DNA of 32,000 nucleotides from Vibrio vulnificus CMCP6 (GTDB lineage Bacteria; Pseudomonadota; Gammaproteobacteria; Enterobacterales; Vibrionaceae): NCBI RefSeq assembly GCF_000039765.1, contig NC_004459.3, positions 1,800,001 to 1,832,000 of the forward strand, read 5' to 3'. Shown piece by piece: positions 25,934 to 32,000 of this stretch (position 1 is its first letter; each line of letters starts with the position of its first letter). The notes under the pieces were generated by a model. It saw only the letters and a program-made list of their open reading frames with translations, ran no database searches and was not told where the DNA came from. The position numbers and the translations under genes were made by a program.

Positions 25934-27853
25934 TTAGCTTCGTTTACTGACACGCGCGAGTACTTCTCCATAAGGTGCGCGTTCCAACTGCGCAAATCCC
26001 TTCAACTTTTTCGCTTTTAGTTGAGTGAGCTTAGGTGTGCTGATCCCACAAAGGAAACGCGTGATGAGCTCTGCACTCAGCGGCTGTGAGGTTTGACTCT
26101 GCAACTGAGCAATCCATTCATCAAGCGCTTGCTGAGGAATGTCCGTCAGCATTTCTTTGGGAAGGGTGGCTTGCTGGCCTCGGCATGCTGAGCAGTGGCC
26201 ACATTGCTGTGGTGCGTTATGATCGGAAAAGTAGTGCGCGAGCTTATGACTGAGGCACTCACCTGATTCAAAAAAGTGGAGCATATGATGGATCCGTTCG
26301 ACATCACTTTGCTCTTTGTTTTTGAAGAGTTGATAAATCTGCTCGGTGAGATCTTCTGCGGAATACTCAATCGGCTTTACCGCAAACACGTCCGTCATTT
26401 GCTTACTTTCCAGTTCTATCCAGCCTTGTTGATGAAGGTAATCTAACGCAGCCACACAACGTGACCGTTCGGCATGATAGCGATGCCAAAGGGCCTCGAA
26501 ATCGGTTTGACACCAGACCCTTGCTTGTGGAGAACAATCAAAAACAGCCTGCAAAAAGGCGCCTCGTTCACCCTGAAAGCGCTGCACAATTTCACTGGCA
26601 GGACGAAGAAACTTGAAACGATACTCAGCAAAATAGGCGTACATGGGCTCGATGAGACCAGCCATTTCAAGGTATACCAATAGTGTCTTTAGCGGCAGTT
26701 GGCGAATGTTGGTATCGTTAGAAAGGCGGGCGATGATCACCTCCCATCGTTCACCAGAGGCTTGTATTTGTTGGATCACCGAGCTGATGTCATCTCGTTC
26801 AGGCGTATCGCCATAAATGAAATTTTCCAGTGTGCTTAACCCGCTTTGATTGGCCAAGACGATGCAATCGGACTTCTGGCCATCTCGACCGGCTCGACCG
26901 ATTTCTTGGGCGTAGTTTTCAATCGATTTGGGTAAGTCGAAATGGATTACTCGGCGAATATCGGCTTTATCTACCCCCATTCCAAAAGCGATGGTTGCGA
27001 CAATACAGTCCAGTTGGCCTTGCATAAACTGTGTTTGTATCGTGCTACGCAACTCGTTATCCAATCCGGCATGATAGGCTGAAGCGCGTATGCCTTCGTC
27101 TTGCAGTAGGGTAGCAACTTGACTTGCGGTATGTTGCAACGTGACATAGACAATGGTTGGGGCGTTAGGGGCCTGTTGTACTATTTTCAGCAGTGCGTCT
27201 GCTTTGTCTTCATTGCGACAAGGGGTCACGTGGAGATCAAGATTGGCGCGATAAAACCCGGTGACAACAACATTGTCCTTTTTGATGGCAAATTTGCGTT
27301 GCATGTCTGCTATCACATTTTCTGTTGCAGTGGCGGTCAGCAGCAGAACTTGTGGAATGTTTAATGTCGCTTGATAGCTCGGAAGTTTGAGGTAATCCGG
27401 GCGGAAATTATGCCCCCACTCTGAAATACAGTGTGCTTCATCCACTACCAGTAATGAGATCGGTACTTGGGCGATGAACTGTCGGAAACGTTCGTTCTTG
27501 AGGCGCTCGACAGAGATCATCAGTATTTTTATTTCCCCGGCATTAACCGCTTGCATAATCGCCTGTGTTTGTTCTTTGCTTTGGCCAGATTCGATGGCTG
27601 CTGCAGCAATACCTTTGCTATGCAGAAAAGCCAACTGATCTTTCATTAAGGCAATGAGCGGTGAGACCACCAGAGTTAAGTGGGGGAGGTGCAAAGCGGG
27701 TAATTGATAACAAAGAGATTTACCAGAGCCAGTTGGGAAAATGGCGGCCGCAGAATGGCCAGTCAGTACCGCATCGACGACTTGCTGTTGGCCTTGGCGT
27801 AATGCCTCAAAACCAAAGATATGGTGTAACGTATCGCGAATGTCATGTTGCAT
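25934..27853 (-). CDS. RecQ-family ATP-dependent DNA helicase (non-canonical RecQ paralogue)
   Basis: Motif 0/I reads FGFEALRQGQ...FPTGSGKSLCYQLPA. The DEAH box is VVDEAHCISEWGHNFRPDY, and a later motif is AFGMGVDKADIRRVIHFDLP. I prefer the ATG at 27853 (MQHDIRD...). The 65 upstream codons to 28048 look non-protein-like and would leave only 37 bp to the divergent gene. Confidence 0.8.
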   Translation of the reverse strand: MQHDIRDTLHHIFGFEALRQGQQQVVDAVLTGHSAAAIFPTGSGKSLCYQLPALHLPHLTLVVSPLIALMKDQLAFLHSKGIAAAAIESGQSKEQTQAIMQAVNAGEIKILMISVERLKNERFRQFIAQVPISLLVVDEAHCISEWGHNFRPDYLKLPSYQATLNIPQVLLLTATATENVIADMQRKFAIKKDNVVVTGFYRANLDLHVTPCRNEDKADALLKIVQQAPNAPTIVYVTLQHTASQVATLLQDEGIRASAYHAGLDNELRSTIQTQFMQGQLDCIVATIAFGMGVDKADIRRVIHFDLPKSIENYAQEIGRAGRDGQKSDCIVLANQSGLSTLENFIYGDTPERDDISSVIQQIQASGERWEVIIARLSNDTNIRQLPLKTLLVYLEMAGLIEPMYAYFAEYRFKFLRPASEIVQRFQGERGAFLQAVFDCSPQARVWCQTDFEALWHRYHAERSRCVAALDYLHQQGWIELESKQMTDVFAVKPIEYSAEDLTEQIYQLFKNKEQSDVERIHHMLHFFESGECLSHKLAHYFSDHNAPQQCGHCSACRGQQATLPKEMLTDIPQQALDEWIAQLQSQTSQPLSAELITRFLCGISTPKLTQLKAKKLKGFAQLERAPYGEVLARVSKRS

Positions 27854-28085
27854 CGTTGGGATGGCTCTTGCTAGGGAAATCAGAGTGCTATCATACCGAG
27901 AAAGTGCGTTTTTCTCACCTTCAAGATGGGGTGAAAAAGTATGATGTTTCGCGTCTCTACGCCCAAGGACGGTAATTTGGTCGTGTGGATAGAGGCTAAT
28001 AATGGGACAAGAGTTGTGACAATTTACTGACAAAATACACATCACCAACTGTTATAGTTCGGCAAAAAACAATTAAGGGAAAGTC

Positions 28086-28829
28086 ATGAAAAAGCTGGCC
28101 ATCTTTCTTCCACTGGTTGTGACCACTTCGGTTCATGCAGCGCAGTGTCGTGTCGATATCAAAAATGAAGTTCGCCTAGATGGTGAAGTCTTGGAAATTC
28201 ATCAAACCAACGGCGACAAAGCTGTGGTGGATGCAAGCAACAATCTTTACATCCATGGTGAGAAAATCGAGCTCAACGGTGATCAACAAGCGGCCATTGA
28301 AGAGTATCGCGAAAACCTTAATGCTTATCTGCCTAGAGCGAAACAAGTGGCGGAAGAGAGCTTAGCGCTGGCGAACGACATCATTGATGATATTGCCGTT
28401 AGCCTTGATGCACCCGACGCATTTGATAACGTGAAAACGGCGGTAAAAGACTTTTTTACCGATGTTGAATCTCGGTATTACAAAGATGGTGATTTGATTT
28501 TACCTGCAGATAGCTTTGCTTCTATGACGGAGTCTTGGCAGGATGACTTCCAACGAGCGCAAGAGATCTTCAACAAAGAGTTTATCAGCAGTGCGTTTGA
28601 CGCGATGTCGAGCAAAATGAAGCAAGAAGGCGGTTTGAATCTGTCTGCTATGTCGGAAAGCATGACCGAGTTGAAGCAGAAAGTGCAAGAGCGTTTGCAG
28701 CAGCACAGCAAAGAAATTGAACAACAAACTCAGGATTTTTGTGACTCGTTAGACGATATGGCCGTACAAGAGCAAGATTTGCTGAAGAAGATTCCAGAGT
28801 TGAAGAACTATCAGGTATTTACCATCTAA
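28086..28829 (+). CDS. DUF2884 (YggN-like) periplasmic protein
   Basis: A signal peptide ends in VHAAQC. The following CRVDIKNEVRLDGEVLEI...LYIHGEKIELNGDQQAAIEEYRENL resembles E. coli YggN as I recall it. Confidence 0.65.
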   Translation: MKKLAIFLPLVVTTSVHAAQCRVDIKNEVRLDGEVLEIHQTNGDKAVVDASNNLYIHGEKIELNGDQQAAIEEYRENLNAYLPRAKQVAEESLALANDIIDDIAVSLDAPDAFDNVKTAVKDFFTDVESRYYKDGDLILPADSFASMTESWQDDFQRAQEIFNKEFISSAFDAMSSKMKQEGGLNLSAMSESMTELKQKVQERLQQHSKEIEQQTQDFCDSLDDMAVQEQDLLKKIPELKNYQVFTI

Positions 28830-28840
28830 TTTTGCAACAA

Positions 28841-28872
28841 AGAGAGCACCCTTCGAGGTGCTCTCTGGTTTT
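28841..28872. terminator. Bidirectional terminator between the DUF2884 gene and the chitinase gene
   Basis: AGAGAGCACC-cttcga-GGTGCTCTCT has a 10-bp perfect stem and is followed by GGTTTT. Confidence 0.8.
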
Positions 28873-28886
28873 ACAGACGCTTGTGT

Positions 28887-31427
28887 TTAGCGGGCATTCA
28901 TTTGCGTTAATTTATCTCCCACAGGTTTGGAGAAATTGAAACCATCATGCTTATCCCAATTGATTGACCAAGTCATCACGCCACCAAAATTCGGGTAGTT
29001 GAACGCCGGTTTCACCGTGGAACATTTTGTGCCTAATGTTAAACAATCTAGTGCATCTAGGATATTTTGAGTCGGCGCTTGGCCAGAGTTAGCTGAGCTT
29101 GGCCCTGAAGGAAGGCCAATGGCCACCTGGTCGTCGCGAAGCGGCTCAAAACGAGTACCATCGGCGAGTTCAAACCCTTCAATCAACATCTTAGATTGCG
29201 CAACCATCATATCGACAGAGCCTTCAGGAGCGGCGCCCGGTAGGTAAGGGTTGGGTAATCCACCATTGTTGTAGAGCTGAACATGAAGTAAGTCGAGTGT
29301 GCTGCGAGTAGCATTAATGACCGGAATGTAGGCTCCCCAAATTCCGCTGTAGGCCACCATACCGCCTTGAACGTAAGGATGTTCTGGTGCCATGGTGAGG
29401 TACATGTCACCACCGATATTTTGTTCAATTTGCAGTAGGGCCCTGCCCAATCGCGCCTGAATTTGCGAACCGTGAACAAGGTTTGAGCCGCTTTCAAGAT
29501 CCACATCGAGTCCATCAAATCCCCATTCATTGATCAGTTCGGTTAAGCTAGAAACAAAATTCGCTTCATCTTGATCGGTATTCAGAGTAATGGTGCCTTC
29601 TGCTCCGCCAAGGGAAAGTACAAACTTTTTACCTTGCGCCTGCAGTGCCGCCATATCTTGTTTGAACTGGAGCGGATCAAGCGGCGCACAACTGCTGTAA
29701 ATATCCCCTGAGTAAAGGTTGAAGTGGACCGTGCCATTGCTGTTGCGATCGTTTTCTGCAAAGGCAATATCAATCACATCCCATGCGTTTGACATGTCAG
29801 CGAGACGTATCGGACAGCCAGCCCCATTCACAAAGTTGTGCCAGTAGCCAATCAGTTTGTGGCGTTTTTCCGACTGCTCAACCACCTTGATTGCCGCCGC
29901 TTCCGAGAGCGCTTGATTACCCGCTAAATCGACCGCTTGAGCACTGACGGTAAAGTTACCGATCGCCGCTGGTGTCCAAGAAACAGAGTACGGAGCGCTA
30001 TTGTCGGTTGCAATCACACTGCCGTTGACGACAAAGTCGACTTGCTTAATCGCGGAAGTGAGGGAGGTCACGTCGGCACTTAGGGTCACGTTTTTACCCA
30101 AACCAACCGTTTGGCCAGCCGTTGGTGAAGTGAGCGTGACGACAAGCGCTTGATCACTGACCGTGACATTGACCACCGACTCACTCACGTTATTGTCGTT
30201 GTCGGTTGCGATCGCTTTTAGCTGATTGGCTCCAACGAAAGTTGCACTCCAAGTCTGTGCGTAGGGAGGCTGAGTCACCACACCTAAGCTCGAGTTATTC
30301 GCGAAAAACTCGACTTGGGTGACGCTGCCGTCTGCGTCACTGGCATCGGCGCTGAGGGTTAGGCTACTGCCTGCGAGCACCACCGCACCGTCATTGGGGG
30401 AGGTAATGGTAATTTGCGGTGGGGTTGAGCACGCGCCCAATCCACTCCAAGCATCTTGCCAGTATTGGCCTACCCCAGGCTCGTAAGCCCAAGCGGCATC
30501 AGAAGAACACCAGCCTGCGACATCGCAACGGTATTTTTGATTGAGATTGGAGACCAACGTACCCGCTTCGTAGCGTGTGCCAGCAAGATAAGGAACTGCA
30601 TCCGCGCAGCCGCCAGAATGGCTGCCACTGACAACCAATGAGACGTTTTGGCTCATGGTGGTTAAATTGGCATCATCGGTCGCTTGTGCTTTGAATGTAT
30701 GGGTGCCCGCAACCGCATTCCAGAGGTACTCGTAAGGCGCATTGGTATCCACAAAGACCGATTGATTATCGATGAAAAACTCCACTTGCGTCACGATGCC
30801 ATCGCTGTCTGCCGCTTGAGCGCTCACGATTAAGCTGTCTTTATCGCTCAGTGTTTCACTTCCGGTTGGGCTGGTCAGAGAAACCGTTGGTGGCGCAAGC
30901 TCTCCTTGGGGTAACACGCTGATATTAACGTTGGTGGACTGGGTTGCCCCTTCATTGTCCGTGGCAATGGCCGTTAATTGAGAGGTACCTTTCACCGCTG
31001 TCCATGGGGTTTCAAATGGTGCTTGTGTGACCACCGCAATCAATTGTGTTCCTGCAAGAAACTCGACTTGGCTAACTTGGCCATCTTCATCGCTGGCATT
31101 CGCCAACAACGTGATGACTGCGCCTTCAGGAATTTCTGCATTATTGGTTGGAGAAGAGAAGGTGATGCTTGGTGGTAGATTACCTCCGCCGTTGTCACAT
31201 TGCCCAAGAGATTTCCATGCCTCCCAAGGGCCAGAGTTCGTGATGGGATCATTGCCTTGAGTCCAGTAGGCGGCTTCGAATGCTTGGTTCTCTTTTTGAA
31301 CTTGACTACCGGATGTGTAGATCTCGCTGCTATTCCATGTCGCTAGGCTTTGGCAGTTATAAGCCTGCGCTTGATAGCTGACGCCAAGCGCACTGATCAG
31401 CGCGCTTGATAACAAAGTGACTCTCAT
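28887..31427 (-). CDS. Secreted modular GH18 chitinase (SP, chitin-binding, 2 Ig-like, chitin-binding, 2 Ig-like, GH18 catalytic)
   Basis: I prefer the ATG at 31427 (MRVTLLSSALISALG..AQA), with GGAGAG 6 nt upstream. The catalytic DxxDxDxE motif DGLDVDLE lies at nt 29493-29516. There are four ~90-aa repeats (..SPT....L.A.A.D.DG.V.QVEF..) and two Trp/Tyr-rich Cys-bounded modules resembling CBM5/12. Confidence 0.85.
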   Translation of the reverse strand: MRVTLLSSALISALGVSYQAQAYNCQSLATWNSSEIYTSGSQVQKENQAFEAAYWTQGNDPITNSGPWEAWKSLGQCDNGGGNLPPSITFSSPTNNAEIPEGAVITLLANASDEDGQVSQVEFLAGTQLIAVVTQAPFETPWTAVKGTSQLTAIATDNEGATQSTNVNISVLPQGELAPPTVSLTSPTGSETLSDKDSLIVSAQAADSDGIVTQVEFFIDNQSVFVDTNAPYEYLWNAVAGTHTFKAQATDDANLTTMSQNVSLVVSGSHSGGCADAVPYLAGTRYEAGTLVSNLNQKYRCDVAGWCSSDAAWAYEPGVGQYWQDAWSGLGACSTPPQITITSPNDGAVVLAGSSLTLSADASDADGSVTQVEFFANNSSLGVVTQPPYAQTWSATFVGANQLKAIATDNDNNVSESVVNVTVSDQALVVTLTSPTAGQTVGLGKNVTLSADVTSLTSAIKQVDFVVNGSVIATDNSAPYSVSWTPAAIGNFTVSAQAVDLAGNQALSEAAAIKVVEQSEKRHKLIGYWHNFVNGAGCPIRLADMSNAWDVIDIAFAENDRNSNGTVHFNLYSGDIYSSCAPLDPLQFKQDMAALQAQGKKFVLSLGGAEGTITLNTDQDEANFVSSLTELINEWGFDGLDVDLESGSNLVHGSQIQARLGRALLQIEQNIGGDMYLTMAPEHPYVQGGMVAYSGIWGAYIPVINATRSTLDLLHVQLYNNGGLPNPYLPGAAPEGSVDMMVAQSKMLIEGFELADGTRFEPLRDDQVAIGLPSGPSSANSGQAPTQNILDALDCLTLGTKCSTVKPAFNYPNFGGVMTWSINWDKHDGFNFSKPVGDKLTQMNAR

Positions 31428-31747
31428 TTTTCTCTCCATTAATAAAAAACATCTCAAGAGTAATAAGTAGCCAAGTTGGAGCGTTTTGCAGGCTAAATTG
31501 CTGATTAAATGATATTTACTCCCTCGATATCACGTACAGTTCACTGATGTAACAGCACTCGACATGAATTTTTCGGCGCACTTCAAGGTGTTTTATGAAA
31601 AGGAAAGCTGGTGTGTATGCCAAATTTTACGATGTGATTGTCTGATATTTTCGTTAAGTGTCGAGTTATTGACCAGTTGAAGATTGTTATGCCAAACATG
31701 TTTCTGTATTGTACTAGCTAACTAGTTCACAAGTGCAGTTAGGTCGT

Positions 31748-32000
31748 ATGTCACAGCAAACAACTTCTCAACCGAGGGAACATTTTGGTTCTCGATTAGG
31801 CTTTATTCTAGCGGCAGCGGGTGCGGCTGTTGGCTTAGGGAATATTTGGGGTTTCCCGACACAAGCCGCCTCAAATGGTGGCGGTGCTTTCCTTTTAGTT
31901 TATTTAGTGATGATTTTGATCGTTGCTTTTCCAATGCTTGTGGTGGAGATGGCGATTGGTCGTCATGGGCAAGCAAACCCTGTCGACAGTATGCGCGCAC
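31748..32000 (+). CDS. Sodium-dependent transporter, neurotransmitter:sodium symporter (SNF/NSS) family, N-terminal fragment
   Basis: This ORF is not in the supplied track because it runs off the window end. My own translation from the ATG at 31748 is MSQQTTSQPREHFGSRLGFILAAAGAAVGLGNIWGFPTQAASNGGGAFLLVYLVMILIVAFPMLVVEMAIGR. It contains the NSS TM1 signature G(L)GN(I)W(G)FP. Confidence 0.8.
   Translation, partial: MSQQTTSQPREHFGSRLGFILAAAGAAVGLGNIWGFPTQAASNGGGAFLLVYLVMILIVAFPMLVVEMAIGRHGQANPVDSMRA

Noticed and set aside
27854-28048. A 65-codon N-terminal extension of the RecQ-family ORF (MVMCILSVNCHNSCPIISLYPHDQ...).
   Set aside because: It has non-protein-like composition. Helicase motif 0 sits about 15 residues after the internal Met at 27853, as in RecQ proteins. 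The extension would also consume the divergent promoter region shared with the DUF2884 gene.
31428-31747. A possible c-di-GMP or other riboswitch in the long chitinase 5' region and divergent promoter gap. This was prompted by chitin-linked GEMM riboswitches in Vibrio.
   Set aside because: I could not find the conserved GEMM-I helices or loops, or any other riboswitch signature, by eye on either strand. Only a trivial 5-bp palindrome (ACTAG-ctaa-CTAGT) is present.
1-32000. A whole-window scan for tRNA, rRNA, CRISPR arrays, IS elements, integrases and known defence-system hallmarks.
   Set aside because: I saw none of these. There are no regularly spaced direct repeats, no cloverleaf-like conserved tRNA boxes, no transposase or recombinase motifs, and no nuclease/ATPase gene pairs outside well-known housekeeping families.

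Overview
The window looks like a Vibrionaceae core chromosome segment. Gene content and order match the Vibrio mltA-tcdA-csdE / csdA-yajL-panE / ompK / ECF sigma-chrR / ampG / rlmG / bolA / nqrABCDEF-apbE-nqrM / dinB neighbourhood, and G+C is mid-40s percent by hand counts. Nearly all of it is ordinary, tightly packed housekeeping DNA with recognisable orthologues and clear rho-independent terminators. I saw no tRNA, rRNA, CRISPR array, integrase or transposase. The one clear accessory element is a low-GC islet of about 3.3 kb (roughly 1941-5316) lying between csdE and csdA, which are partners in the Csd sulfur-transfer pathway. It encodes a compact same-strand operon: a methyl-accepting chemotaxis protein, an 86-aa orphan ORF, a small AT-rich AraC-family regulator of Rns/ToxT style, and a translationally coupled 71-aa orphan ORF. 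A very AT-rich leader precedes the operon. REP-like palindromes flank it on the left and an 18-bp-arm palindrome flanks it on the right. This cassette is my best candidate for an undescribed system, but its function cannot be established from sequence alone. Secondary observations: a modular GH18 chitinase with a duplicated [chitin-binding + 2 Ig-like] block; an orphan dual-receiver GGDEF regulator; a likely LexA box upstream of dinB; phased repeats upstream of nqrA; an intrinsic terminator between nqrF and apbE; and a Cys-pair loop in the OmpK porin. All homology statements come from recognising motifs by eye and from memory. No database search was run.
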